Positions 31,031 to 46,134 of a DNA stretch of 64,000 bases are shown piece by piece. The DNA lies in the NCBI RefSeq assembly GCF_009914755.1, contig NC_060930.1. The stretch is one strand, 5' to 3'. The position numbers and the translations under genes are program-made. The notes under the pieces are model-generated. The model did not search any database and was not told the DNA's origin. It was given only the letters and a program-made list of their open reading frames with translations. The stretch comes from the human T2T-CHM13v2.0 reference genome, Homo sapiens. Each line of letters opens with the position of its first letter. Position 1 is the first letter of the stretch.

Positions 31031-33808
31031 TTCTTATAAACTAGGAAGTAAATTTACAGTTACAAATTTTGTATAATGGAAGGACAATATATGGAATAAA
31101 ATTTTTAGTCTCCTACAAAGATAATAAACACAAAGATCACATTATACAGTCTAACCTTCAGAAGCTTTGGAATCCCTTTCTCTGGAGGTCACCAAACATT
31201 ATAAATCACCATCTGTTTGCAATGGTTCAATGCAGAAAATCTAGAAGCAAAAACAAAAACAAGCTAAGTTTTCAGACTCCTTTTCAGCTTTGTATCTTTT
31301 ATATGTTGAGTAGCATAAAGGTATTTATATTTTTTCTCTTTGAAGATAGTTATCATTAAAGGCTGTGAATTAGCAGGATTTTCTTGGTGGAAATAATTTC
31401 TAACATTGCATATTTTTATTTTAAGTTGCTTTCAACATCTAAATTTCACATAAACACAAACACTGGTAGTATTCCCAAAATGCTAAACTCTTTAGATTAC
31501 TAGATAAAATGCATAATGAATTAAATATATCTTTGCTTCCAAAAACTTAGGATGGACAGACTTAGTCCTTTGTGATTATAAGCCAGAGCTGTGAATTAGC
31601 CAAAGGGTTTCCCTGGCCATCATTCTGGATATAGAACGTCAGTGAAATTTCAGTAATGTAACAATGGAAACAAATCTGACCAAGTATCCAACAGAGTAAC
31701 ATTAGAACCCACAACTCCCCAGGTTGAAAACTATAACTCTACATAGCTCCGTTTTCCAGAATACAAAACTTATGCATTTGGTGTTGTGGTAGAGAAACAG
31801 ACACCCCTACCTTATCCATCATTATTATTTATCAGAATGGATATAAATATGTCCAAATGTCTTAGCTTGAGACAATGTCCCAGTAATCCCAGTTATCTCA
31901 TAGGCATTATTTTATTATTTGTTTTCCCTTAAAGGTTGCCACATCTCAACTGCCCTGATGCTGCCACTGCACCATTTGTGCTATCATACTGCTGCTTTTA
32001 TTGACACCTTTTTTTGTGTGTCAATTGCCAAACTGGTGTGGCACCATGAGCCCTGGTTAGACATACACCTTACCTCTCCTTAACAGGATGGCAAAGGTGC
32101 TCTATCCAACTGTCTCAGGGCCCCATGCTATGGCTGTGTCTTTCCTGGACTTTGGGTATCTTTCTGTTTGGGACAGCTAATGAAACTCTCTAGTAAAGCT
32201 ATTGTCTCACACTTTTGCATAACTTTGTGTCCTAGCAAGGTAAACATCTTTGGGAAAACAACTCACAGATTTTAAATTCCTTTTTCATACTTCACCCTCT
32301 GAGGGATAATGGTGGGGTTCAGTTGATTTTAGTCTCCAACATGGATTGAGGTACATTGTCAAGACTTAACTCCCTCATCCCAAACCACTCCTGTGTCTCC
32401 TTTCTGACAGGGTAATTCTCTTTACATGTGTATCTATTTACCCTAAACATATACAGTTTGGAATTCTACGTTTGTACTATTCCTACTTGTCTGCCACCAA
32501 CATATAATACCTGATCTACCAGGCTCCCAGTTTCTTCTCAGGAAAATTTCTGCACAACCCCTCAGGGAGGAATGTACTTAATGAATTATGAATTATTATT
32601 TTCTGTACTAGTTTATAAATCACTTAAAAATAATGCAAATAAACATTATATAATTTCATTAATCAATTTAAGTTGATAGATATTAATTTAATACTTACAA
32701 AGTGCCTGTTACTAATATAGAAATATAAAACTAAAAGTGGACCTTTTTCATAATATTATTTTATAAAATAAATGAGCCTATCGTCCTGAATAAAATTTCC
32801 AGTTAATGGGATGATAGTTCACAGTGGATGCTCCTTCCCATCCTTACCCCACAGCACATCAATCTAGCAGGAGGCATGCTATGACTGATATTTCCAGGTC
32901 TCAGCTGACACTGCCAGTGGTTAGAAGCCCCTTATCTGGCATTTGCAATCACAATGTGATAAAGTCTTGGAGTTTCACCAAATCTTTTACCAAAATTTTG
33001 AACAGAGGATTAATTGACTAAATCCCTTCTATGCGTTTTTCCTGCCCCAGGATGGTAACAAGTAGTGAAATGGGGTAAGAGGCAGAAAAAAGTTAAGTGT
33101 CTGAGTAATCCACTGTTGGACAATCAGTCTCCATATTGTATCAGATGAGGATGTGGTAATGCACTTTTATTGATTTCCCAATTCTGTAGCTCCAATTATT
33201 GAAAGAATAGCTTCTATTGTTGGATTTGACAATCCTCCTTCTCTCTTTTCTTCCCAAAATATTCATGCAATTTCAAAATGGGAAAGTCTTGAGTAACATT
33301 CACTTCAGAATAGAAGACTCATTTAGTTTTCGTTTTTGTTTTCTGATTGTTTTAACAGGTAACAATTATCTCCCGTGCCTATTCTACATTATTTCTTTAA
33401 CATTTCTCATTACAGTCTAAAATATTTGGCCTTGTCCTAATAGTGATAGCTATACCAAATAGTCTCATTCATTTAGGATTATAACACTATAAATAAAGTG
33501 TATGGCTTTCTTTTTCTGACTAGAATAAATATTTATTAATCAAATTACTATGTAACAGTTGAGAATTTTGGAAATTAGATGCTGAAAAATATTTTTTAGC
33601 AGTATGCCCTTTCTATCCTCATGGTCTCTGGTATAGGAAATCATGACTGTTTCAATATGTTTGCTTCTGATACCATGTTTCAATGACATTTCCAATGAAC
33701 AAAGGAATCACTGTGCTAGGAAAATTGGTTACATTATTTAAGGAATGAGACAATTATTGACTTTTCCACAAAAGTATAAAATTAAGTTTCTGTTAACAAT
33801 TTATGAAC

Positions 33809-33812
<4 letters not shown>

Positions 33813-33842
<30 letters not shown>
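33813..33842. repeat. (AC)15 microsatellite
   Basis: Perfect dinucleotide run. Confidence 0.97.
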
Positions 33843-33845
<3 letters not shown>

Positions 33846-34634
33846 GCCACCAAAGTTTTTACTCAAACACAGAACAAATTAATCCAGATCTTTGAGAGCA
33901 AGGAGCTCATGGTGAACTTCATTACAAAAGTCACATTATTCTGACATAAAATAGAACCTGACATTTGGCCTAATTATACTTTTCAAGTCTTTAATATTCT
34001 GCTTATCATTATGGATATTTAAATAAAGAAAACTCTTCTGATACCTTTTGCCCTTTTTCTGTTTCATAGTCTTCTTTGAATTAAAAAGGAAATTAAGGTT
34101 TTCTCAACTAGAAGTTTCAATAGATAAATGAATAATATATTTAAAAATAATGCTAAAACTTCCCCCTAATAATTTAAAATAAGGTTGTATTTTATATTAA
34201 GTAAATCATCTATTGCTTTCTCAAATATCTTCTGAAAAGAATAGAGTCAGAAATGCTTTATTATGATTCTAGGCAACTTTGAACTTTGACTTATTCAATC
34301 TGAGTCATCTCTAAAACTTTTAGGGTTTTTTTCATCATTTTGCTATATATCCTTTAGTATTACTTTAATGAATTGGCACAAATCAAAGAGTAGAGTGCCT
34401 TCCAGTGATTCATCTCACTGGACTTAGTTAAGTCCATAGGGACATGCTACATTTCAGACTGTCAGTTTGATTTATATAGAAGAACATAGAGTCATTTACT
34501 TAAGTGTTACATTAACTAGACAGTCAAACCAGATCAATGAGTTTGGCATTGTAGAATTCTACAATACTCCTAAATTTGAAAAAAAGATTTGAATTATTGA
34601 AATGAAATTTATTTTTCTTTCTCTTTTTCAGATT

Positions 34635-34755
34635 TCATTTCTTTAATTTTAAATTCAGGGGTACGTGTTGAGGTTTGTTACATAGTTTTGCGGGGATTTG
34701 TTGTACAGATTATTTCATCACCCAGGTATTAAACCTAGTACCCATTAGTTATGTT
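34635..34755 (-). mobile_element. Short older L1PA/L1PB 3' end fragment
   Basis: ttcaggggtacgtgttgaggtttgttacata…gattatttcatcacccaggtattaaacctagtacccattagttat. Confidence 0.7.
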
Positions 34756-36359
34756 TATATTTCCCACCTCATGCTTTTATTATGTACCAGGGCAATATTC
34801 TATAACATTTGTAATCTTAATACATTTCTATACAAACATTAATAATTCATATATACAAAGATTAATTAATGAGACTGCTTATGTAATTGAATCACAGCAC
34901 ATTTTCCTTAAACAAGATGAAATTATTAAGGTGAATAGAAAGTTGTTAAATATTGATGGAATCAACTAAAGTAAGAAAAAGGAGTGATTTTACTTCAGGG
35001 TATAAACTAAATATAATTAGATATATTTGCCTACATTCTCTATAATTGAGCATTTATTAGTTTTAATATGTAGACACAATAGATTAGGTTTGGTATATGC
35101 TTTGCTTCATTCTACTTTAAGGTAAAAATTTAATTCTTGCAATGGGGAACTCACCTATTATTATGGGTTAACTATTTAGTTCTCTATTGCATGTGCCCAA
35201 ACCAATCATTAATTATTGGTTATATTTTTATGATTTATAACTTAACCTTTCTTATAAAAATTGGACCTTAAACTCATCATACGCAAGGTCAAAATAGTAC
35301 CCTCTCCTACATCAGAAGCGATTTCTCCTACTTTCATTGTTTGTTTCATATACCCTTGTGCTCTCACTGTCTAAGGCCTGAAAGCTGAAAATCATTGGCC
35401 TTCTCTCCCTCAGAACATTTAAATGTTTCTAGGATTTACCAAATTCATCTCTAATGCATCTTTCCAAGCATTTCCTTCACCAAGTACTCTCTATTTTAAT
35501 TGTTTCTTCTTCTTTGTTTTAGTTTATCTTATTTTTGACTACATAATTATTTCTCCAAATTAGTATCCACAACATTGGTTTCTCCTTGCTTAATCAATTG
35601 TATATTAAGCTGTCATATTTCTGGATCATAATTCTGATCCAGAATTCAATTGGGCTTTTCTTAACAGTTCTAAATTTACATAGCTTAATATCTCTTATCC
35701 AAAACATAGTACTTGCACATAGTAGACTAATCAATAAATGTACCTAAAATGAATTAATGGTGGATTAAATATTTGCCCATGGTAATAAATTATACCCTAG
35801 TATAGAAATAATAGTAAAGATAAAATTATACAAATGCCAATATTATATAACTCCCTGATGCCTTATTCTTTTGGTTTTTGTTTTCTGTTACATGAGTCCA
35901 CATCAAAAATTGATCATTCAATTATTAATGTCCTTCAAATCTCAGATTAAATATTACCTTCTCCTTGATGGCTTCTCTGATTGCTGCAGGCAAAGCCACA
36001 CTTTGCACTCCTGTGCCTTTTTTACCAGGCATGTTATCACAGTCCTCCTTGAATAATTAATTATATAAGCTAAGTGTCCTACTTCCACTAGTTCTATATA
36101 TAGTCCTGACCACAATAATTCCTGGATTCTGCTTCTGAACATTCATCCCACTATCACATAAGTGAGATCATTCCTGCCAAACCACTCCTCCTCCATATGT
36201 ATTTCTAGATATCCCCAAGGTGTGTGTCTCAGACCTTCTGAATCTAGTTCATTTCTATTCCCAGACAATAGTCACCATGATCTTCCTTTTCTGCTTCAGC
36301 TTACACATGTTACACTTGAAGAATCCCCACAGTGTATGATCATTTTAAGAATGACACTG

Positions 36360-37364
36360 CTTCTGCTCAGCAAAAGAAACTATCACCCGGGTAAACAGGC
36401 AACCTACAGAATGGGAGAAAATTTTTGCAATCTATCCATCTTACAAAGGGCTAATATCCAGAATCTACAAGGAACTTACAAATTTACAAGAAAAAAATCA
36501 AATAATCTAATCAAAAAGTGGGTGAAGAATATGAACAGACACTTCTCTAAAGAATATATTTATGTGGTAAACAAACATATGAAAAAAAGCTCATCATCAC
36601 TGGTCATTAGAGAAATGGAAATCAAAACCACAGTGAGATACCATCTCATGCCAGTTAGAATGGCTATCATTAAAAAGTCTGGAAACAACAGATCCTGGTG
36701 AGGATGTGGAGAACTAGAAATGCTTTTACACTGTTGGTGGGAGTGTAAATTAGTTCAACCATTGTGGAAGACAGTGTGGCGATTCCTCACTGCCATTTGA
36801 CCCAGCAATCTCATTACTAGTTATATACCCAATGGATTATAAATCATTCTACTATAAAAACAAAAGCACACGTATTTTTATTGAAGCACTATTCACCATA
36901 GAAAAGACTCGGAACCAACCAAAATGCCCATCAATGATAGATTGGATAAAGAAAATGTGGCACATACACACCATGGACTACTATGCAGCCATAAAAATGG
37001 ATGAGTTCATGTCCTTTGCAGGGACGTGGATGAAGTTGGAAACCATCATCTTCAGCAAACTAACACAGGAACAGAAAACCAAACTCCACGTGTTCTCACT
37101 CATAAGTGGGAGTTGAACAATGAGAACACATGGACACAGGGAGGGGAAAATCACACACCAGTGCCTGTTTGGGGTTGGGGGAAAGGCGGTAGAGAGCATT
37201 AGGATAAATACCTAATGCATGCAGGGCTTAAAACCTAGATGATGGGTTGATAGGTGCAGCAAACCACCATGGCACATGTATACCTATGTAACAAAGTTGC
37301 ACTTTCAGCACATGTACCCAGAACATAAAGTAAAATAAAACAAAAGACAAGGAGAAAAAAAAAA
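36360..37364 (+). mobile_element. 5'-truncated L1PA7/8-like, ~1 kb, 13-bp TSD
   Basis: ORF2 C-terminus ([14 protein letters not shown]…; …VFSLISGS), 3'UTR and A tail. Exact TSD aagaatgacactg at 36347-36359 and 37365-37377, at a canonical TTTT/AA site. Confidence 0.95.
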
Positions 37365-38514
37365 AAGAATGACACTGTAGCTCCTCAAGGCTTTTAAGAG
37401 TTCTCGATCCTCAGAGATTAAGCGAGTGAAGGATCTGGAACAACAATGGCAAGAGTGATCTAGCCCTAATTGAGTCTTGCTTGCATCTTAGCTCTACTAA
37501 TGCATTTCTGCCCAAGTGAAAAGCCTCTTGTGCAAATCACACATTTATCTTCCAGCTCTAACTCACCACACCAACAGAACACTTACACTCATGGAAGTGA
37601 GATCAGCTCATCTTTTCTAGACCAGATTATTTTCCAGGGCAAATATCCTGAGGTCTGCAACCTGCCAGGGTACATGCTATCTTCCAGAGAAACCCAGAGC
37701 TGCTTAAAGCCTGATATGTGGCCCATAGAAACTTGGTTGCTGTTTATTTTCTCTCTAGAAGATGAGGCCCTCATCTATACCTTCCTCAATGTCAGTTTCC
37801 TTCAGGATATTTTTCATATTTGCTTCACCACTCAGTTGTAAGTAGAGAGTGTAATTAATTAGTCTGCCTTCCATTTCTTCTTATCTCAATCAATTCTTTC
37901 ACAAAAGGCTGTGTGAGAGTGGATGACTAATATTTGTAATAGCAGTTTGACTTTATAATTTCTTCATTTCACACTCTTTCTGCATCATTCATTCTGCCCA
38001 GCCTTAGACCCTCCCATTGTCTTCATAATTTTACCAATAGGTTTTGTGTCTCGCATTATTCCCCAGTAGACAACATCTTCACCATGGATAGCCTTATCGT
38101 TACTCAATACTTAAAAGGTAAACATCTCTTTCTTCTCTCCTGACTCCTCAGAGCTTTTGTGAATGCTTTCTCTTGCCAGAAACACCCTTCCTCCTTCCTC
38201 TACTCAACTCAGAACCTGTTAATCCTTGGTCTTCATCAAGTCCCATCTTCTCTCTGTTCCCTCTATAAAAGTTTCTAGGTGATTTTAATTGCTTACCAAT
38301 ATGACTGTAACTTTATTCAATATTAAAAAGAAAGAGCAACTCTGTGGCAAGGTTCATGTTTTATGCTTCTTTCATATTGATTGTGACTTACTAAGTGATG
38401 GTAAGTACTCAATCACCTGAATTTACTCAGTGTTTTATTAACTGACACATAAGGTAGTCTGATCCCTGATCCTGTTATTAAAAAAAAATAAAAAACAAAA
38501 AAACAAAAAAACAA

Positions 38515-38600
38515 AACTCTGTTTCCAAATAAGTTCACACTCTGACGTATTAAAGGTAGGGACTTTAACATATCTCTTTTGAGGGACACAATTCAATTTA
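38515..38600 (-). mobile_element. MLT1 (MaLR LTR) fragment
   Basis: ctgtttccaaataagttcacactctga…gactttaacatatctcttttgagggacacaattcaa. Confidence 0.65.
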
Positions 38601-41600
38601 GGTCACTTATAAAGCAGTGGAACAGTTTTTCCAATGGAATGTATAAAACTCTAAAGTTAATACCAATAAAAGAGCTCTAAGATATTAAGCTCTTTCTGCA
38701 GTAGATATAAAGGCTGTCACCCTGCAAATGGGCTACTGTGATGGAAACAGGATTTTTTCGGGGATGAACAAGTTCACATTTTATAGAAACTTTCTGAGAC
38801 ATAGGAAATTTGTTCTATACTTTACTCGTCCCTTTGCTTTAGAAAGAATACACGTACAGTAAATGATTATTTAAATAATATGTCTTCTGTTGAATATTGA
38901 CTCTCCTTCTCATATGTCTTTCAGGGCTTGAGATGGAATCATATTGAAACTGTGAAGCCTTCTGCCAGAAATTACTTCATGTAAAGTGTAGGAGACACCA
39001 CACAAGAGGTTACTATGAGGAGACAGGCTCAAATGATAAGATCCTCATACTAAGAATAAATGAATAATGTCTATGCTGCTTTCATTACTTTTGTTCCCTG
39101 TGACAAAGATAAAGTTAATTATTTGGAGATAGCAAAGAAGTCTGTTTATTGAAAGTGGCATGCTAGATGCAATTCTGGATTGCAGTATATTGTAATATTA
39201 AAGATCAAGAAACTTTTAATAGGAATCAAATACAATTTTTAATTGAGCCCATTTATTGCACACATGAGCTGTATTGAAAATTCTCCCAAATAAAAAAAGT
39301 CAGTAATCATAATTGCAATTAAAAGGTGAATCTAATAAGCTGAATCTTTTTTGCTTAGATTCTCTTTAAATCAAACAATTCTAAATTACTTTTACTAAAA
39401 GCTCAAAATTGATTTAATGTTAACTATATCCTTTATTCATAAATTTGTCCTCTTTCTTTTTGAGCTCTAGTTGATTTCACATACTCCCTCTTCACTAAAA
39501 AGAGTTTATTGATACACTGTGTCTACATGATACCATGACATCTGAATGAAAGATTTGATATTTGCTATCCAGATGCTCTGCCTTCTTCACTCCATCTGGA
39601 TATTTGGCCTTGTACTTACAAACCATCTGGGTTTGTTACGATACTTTCCACTTTTCAACCAGATGTTTTGGCATTGTGTGGACAAAGCATGTGGCATTAT
39701 CTATAAAATGTAATTATATAAAAATAAATAACACTATGTAAGCAATTAAAGGAAAAACATTTTCCCATCTAAAAATCTCAACAATATTTTTCTCAGTAAT
39801 ATCATCATAGCAGGACATATTTTACTTGCTATATTTTAACATGTTAAATTTCATATGTGAACAAAAAAGGAAAATTATATAAATGATATATGATTTGCAT
39901 ACTATGTATACAAATATGTATAAAATGATTTATCAAAGGAAATTTCTAATATTTTAATAATTTGTAATAGAAAATATATGTGATTTAAGATATTTTTAAT
40001 TTTTAGTAATAATTAGCTTACTAACTGTAATTATGATAACCTATGAAAATCTGAGTTTAGAAGTAATATTTTCAAAATCTTTTAAATTAAACTCATAATA
40101 AGAAAAGTTATCTTAAGTCATATTTTCAACAAAAATCTGTTTTAAAATCATTCAAATACCAATATATATTTTTAATAATCATCTGATCAGATCTTCAATA
40201 CAGATATTTATCTTCATGATTTTAGTACACATGTACCTGTACATCTAGTATCATTGTTCTGGGAAAAAGATAAACAAACAAGAAAGATACTACTCCAGGT
40301 GACTATGGGAACTAATGGCTTTAATTAAATTTGCTTCAAAAGTCTTTATATTGTTTAATATATGGAGATTATATACTATATAATAAGTCAACATTCCCAA
40401 AAAAAGGAGAAGACTAAAGGCAGCTGATCAAAATGTAATAAATATTCCCCAGAAGGTCCTGTGGCCATTTTTAAATTCTGTGTAAGTAAAATGAGAGCGT
40501 GTAATCTGAGTTTATGGTAGATTTTGACCAAAACTTCTCAAATATGTTGTATGAGAATCTCACTCAACTGGCTCAGTTTATCTCAGTTGTAATGGGCTTA
40601 GCTCTGGGCCCAAAATTTAGGTCAGGGATGATGAGAAACTGTAAGAGAGACATTGTTCAAGATAGGAATAGACTAGAAACACTGACACATAAAATATTTC
40701 TGGCAGAATATATTTACCTTAAAAATGACAAGATTTGGGGGTCAAAAGGAGAAGAGGAGAAATGAGAAAAGTTCTTCAAATATTTTAGGGTTATAAGAAT
40801 GTACAGGAATTACGAGTATTTATGTTTCTAAGGGCAAAATTAGAATGATAATCCAAATAAAGTTTTGCTTCAATTCAATGGAAGTGTCACTTTCCTTGTG
40901 GAAGTGACTTTCCTATCACTAGAGAATTCATGTGGAGAATTCAAGTATAAGTTAGGAACTTGATTAGATGGCTACTAGGTTCTTGTCAACAAATGTTTAA
41001 TGTCTCAGTGTCCAGAACACTGCTTGACACATAATAGATGGTTGACACATATGTAATAAGTAACTACATGAATTCTAAAATTATATTTCAGGTATCACCT
41101 CTCCTAATTAAGACAAGCAAATTTATCATGTTCATTGTACAGCCATCTGCACCCTCCAGGCCACTTCATTTCATTGAACATAATGTGAAACATACCTTCT
41201 GGACTGTACAAGCAGTAGGCCTTGTGAGAACCTAATTATCTAAAAATGTCCAGGTGGTAAGATTTTATGTGGTGGTAAAACCTTGAAGTTAGTGTGTAAG
41301 CCAAAAGTAAGTAGATTCACAACTAGCTAAGAAAATCTGCCAGATTAAAGACCAAAGTATTGTGTCTTAAAACCTCCAACAAAGAGAGTTTTCCCCTGGC
41401 ACCTAAACAATTTGTTCAGTTGAGTTAAGAGATGAAGTAGCTGACTTTCATATAGTGGATATTCTGAAATCAAGATACACATATTTTCAACTTTACATAT
41501 TACTCAGTTCGGCAAAATGTTCACAGTCTAGGAAGGCCATGAAAATAGAGACTGGCAAGACATAGTTAAGCACCATGCATCCTACCATACCTTAAACATT

Positions 41601-42611
41601 CAGAACAGATTCGCTTTGAGTGGGAATGACTGCATTTTATAAATGTGAATTGTGGTTTCTCTATCTCCTGAGCATATATAGTTGATTTTGTGTAAGTTAA
41701 GTATATAAAACTTGGCTCTATTTGATCAGCTTTCAAAAATGCAGTCACCTCAAAGCTACTTTCAACAACTATGCATATTTCTCCAGTCCCAAGCTTCAAT
41801 AACTCCACACTCCCATAGTCATATTCCTTCCCTAGAGTCAACAGGATATCAAAATATAAATAGAGTGGTCTGATTTGAAAAAGTTTTATAGACCTTATTG
41901 AAAATCAATGCATACCAGCCTCAATGACAAAATTTTTCCATGTCTCAATCATAACAATTAACTTTTTCAATAGATATTTCCAAAACTCTCCTTCTATTGA
42001 AACATTACCTATGATTTCTTCAACTTTACACAATCCTTTCTCATAATTATAAGAACTCATATCCCATAATAAATAGTAAGGCTATTATAGAAGGAGGTGC
42101 ATAGGGTGAGCTTTCCCTATTTATCCATGAGGTCTCATCCAGAGTGCTTCCTTTTATTTTTTTGATGTGCTAAAATATTTGGCACTAGCAATCATCCCTT
42201 AAAAGGTCACCATCTGGAAGAGCATCCTCCCTACATTTTGTCCTGGGATATAATCCTAAAAGCAATGTGAGTCCTTCCTACACACAACATCAAAACGTCA
42301 AAGGAATGGCAAGCAGTAAACTTATATAGATTTTACATTGCATAAAGGAGGTAAAGATTTCAGTCCTAAGTAACTATTTTCCATTTGAAAGAGAGGAGTA
42401 CAAAATATTCTAAGATAAAAGCAAATATACTGGGCAGTACTACAAATAAGAAAAGGCTCTATCCAGGTGGGCAAATTGCCCTATACAGAGAGAAGAAATG
42501 CAATTGATTCACTGAGGCAGAAGTGAGATTTTCATGGCGTAGCTTTGCTCTTCAAACAGGAAGGCAGATAGTAAAATACCCTAGTCTCTTTTGAGTACTT
42601 ATTAAGCTTGA

Positions 42612-42735
42612 ACATTCATTTATTTATTCATCTAATATTTATGAAATCCCTGCTACATCCCAGGTACTGTGTAAGCACTGAAAACTCAGCAGCAAATAAG
42701 ATAGACTTGGTCCTAATTTACAATGGGCTAGAATG
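42612..42735 (-). mobile_element. L2 3' end
   Basis: cattcatttatttattcatctaatatttatgaa…ccaggtactgtgtaagcactg…aataagatagacttggtcct. Confidence 0.65.
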
Positions 42736-44629
42736 GTTCTAAGACCTGATGGACTGCACGCATTGGACCAGCTAGCGGCACACCCAGGAGACAGAGTCTA
42801 CATTTTGCTTAGGCACCAGGACTTAATTTATAAGACATTACTGCTTTTGCTTTTGGACAAACACTTTGTCTTGCTCTAGAGAAATCCCAAGAAAAGTGTG
42901 GATAATGAAAGTGAGCATCCCAAGAATAGGCTCAGGTTGACATGCAAATACGGTTACTGGTGATGGATCTAATACAGATTCTGCCTGAGTTTATTAGATA
43001 CAGTGCTGTTGTTTAGCATTTTCTCAATTAAAGCATACACACTCAGTTTATATACAATTTTCAAAATAACTATTCCCACCACTCATGAGGAGAAAATTAT
43101 CAAATATTTTTATCACTGTGTATTAAATTTTATCAATTTTAACTGAAACTTATTGTGCTTTTTTGATATAGGAGTTAAAATTTATGCTAACAAGTTTGCT
43201 ACATGAGGTAAGACATGGTGGCCTTAATGGAGGCAGAGGTGATGATGTTAGCAGAACCAATGGGACAAATGCAAATTGCTTTTCCTGAGGCCATCCAAAT
43301 TATTGCTTGATTTGTACAGAATTCTTCTTTCATGCTATATGTTCTAGCTTTAAACTGAGTTTCCTGTTAATTCAAACTAGGGGGAGATTTAGATTGTACA
43401 GATATCATAGAAGCTTATAGCTTAACTGGAAGCTAAGCATTTGGATATTGTATTTTGAGAGAAGTGGTGCCCTTCTGATGTGGGAAACTAAGATAGCATG
43501 TTCAACACTAAAGCAATGATGGGAAAAGTAGAAAGTATGCATCTCCACAATAACACTAGTCCACAGCTGGGAAGAAATAAATATTACCAGAATTATAGTG
43601 ACTTTCTGAAAAATGTAACATTATCACAATACTGAAGGCTTAAGAAGAAAAGAATAATGTTTATAGAGAGCTCTTCTACACTGCTGCAAGGATTGTTGAA
43701 ACTTTTTTTGTTTGTTTGTTTTCCAAACAGACAGTTTTCTGGGAGAGGAAATAATAAAATTATTGGCTTCAAAATAAAGGGTAACTGCCACAAGAAATTT
43801 GCGCCCCCATTCTGGTTTCCCTTCCCTTGACACTTTTTTTAGATACTTTTGAAACGCCTAAAATGGTGTCTGATCTGTGCAATCCTTTTCAGTTTTTCAT
43901 TTAATATTTTTTTTTAAATATAATATATGTCTACACAATGTCAGGCACACAGGTTTTAAGCAAACAATAAAGCTGAGCCCTGTGCAGTGATTGTCCTAAA
44001 CCTACTTGTGGATTGAATGCTGTTTGGGTCTCGTACTGCTTTCTGTAACTGGGTGATATTAATAGTCACCTAACAGTGTTGCTTTTTAAATTATTTCCTC
44101 CCATTTTTCAAGTTCTAAGGTAATAGTGAGTGCTTGTGTAATTATCTTATGCTACTGTAGCAATTCTGTGAGAGATGATTTTGATTTTCAACGTCTATTT
44201 CATTTAATTTTAAGTTATGCTTTTCCCTTAAAGAGGAACATAAGTATATGGAAGATGAAAATAAAGAGAAGGAAGGAACTAAATAAAAAAGAGCTTTTCT
44301 TCAGTGTCATATTTAAAGCAGTTTATTTTAAATTTAAGTACAAATTAATGTTTTCATCTGTTAAATGGGGGTAATAATACTTATCACAGATACCTACCAT
44401 AAAAGTAGGTATGAGGGAACATTATGGTAATATATACGGGGGTACTTGGAAAGCCATAAAACATTATAGAAAACTATCGAATTACTCTTCCTCATTTGAA
44501 ATGCCATAGGAACACTCAAATGCATGTCAAAAGGTGACAGGAATCACCAGGCTCTTTTAACCTCTTTTCTTTTAATTCTGACTCTTCCTGCTTTGCCTGT
44601 CTGCCATTCCTACCCTGTAATTCTCTACA

Positions 44630-44900
44630 TAGTAATTCCATCTTCAACCCTTAGATCTCAGTTGAGGTGTCCTTTACCCTCAGAAGCCCCTCTCCAACCG
44701 CTTGACTTTGATACAGGAAGCACATTGTCGTGCATTCCAAGGCTCCTTAGGCCAGCGCTGTCAGAGTATGTGATGGTGATTTCATTACCACTTACTGTTC
44801 CTGGTCTCCAGCTAGAATAAAGCCGAATCTCATGTCTAGTTCATCGTTACCCTCCTGGTGCTTTGTACATGCTCACAATTGGTACTCAGTACTTGTGTTC
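44630..44900 (+). mobile_element. L2 fragment
   Basis: catcttcaacccttagatctcagttgaggtgtcc…ccagctagaataaagc…ggtactcagta. Confidence 0.5.
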
Positions 44901-45643
44901 TTATAATTTCCAAAAAGCCTTTATTTAGTAGTTATGAAAAAGTTTACTTCTGAATTTGCATTAAAAGGAGTTTATAGGGTAGGTGGGAATAAAAATAGTG
45001 GAGGCTCTCTTACATTTAAAGAGCTTCTCATTTGAAGAGACCATCATTCTCCTCCATATCCTCCTCCTCTTCCTCCTTCTTGTCATTATCATCATTGATA
45101 ACAAGCACATTTACTAAGCGCTGAATGTAACATTTGGGAAAAATACCTAAGTTCAATACATTTCACATTTTCATGTTTGCTACAGAGGAATCTATCCAAA
45201 ACAAAATAAGGTTTTTGGTTAATCCTGAACTATTTACTGTCTCCTGAAAGTCCTTGCAAATGCTCAGTAAAAAAACAAAACTCATGTAAATTATTGAGGA
45301 AAAATTATAATACACTATTTTATATGCTGTATGCATATTTTATTCTACATTGTGTTACTTTAAAGCCATCTCATAGAAATAGAAACAGCTTTATTTTGTA
45401 GCTTATTAACCTATATAACATGTGGTTTATTAATTTTATAATTACACTTACTCTGTGATTATTTGGAACATAAGTTCTTTATATGGAAAACAAACTACTC
45501 AAAATTGCATTGGTTGTCCCTAAGTAAAGATGAGATTTACTTCAAATGTATGCATCTTTCCTTGGAAGGCACAGTGTCAGGAAATAAGCCCCGTAATTGT
45601 TGGTTTCTTTTCTTGAATCATTTTTGTCCTTCTAGCTGAGTAA

Positions 45644-46102
<459 letters not shown>

Positions 46103-46134
46103 ACATTAGATTTTATAGGGGATTTTATGCCATG

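Noticed and set aside
32890-32965. E-box, GATA and C/EBP-like motifs close together
   Set aside because: Short motifs are expected by chance, and there is no independent support for an enhancer.
36162-36701. 179-aa ORF running from unique sequence into L1 ORF2
   Set aside because: Non-ATG (GTG) start; chance read-through across the TSD into degraded L1, partly out of frame.
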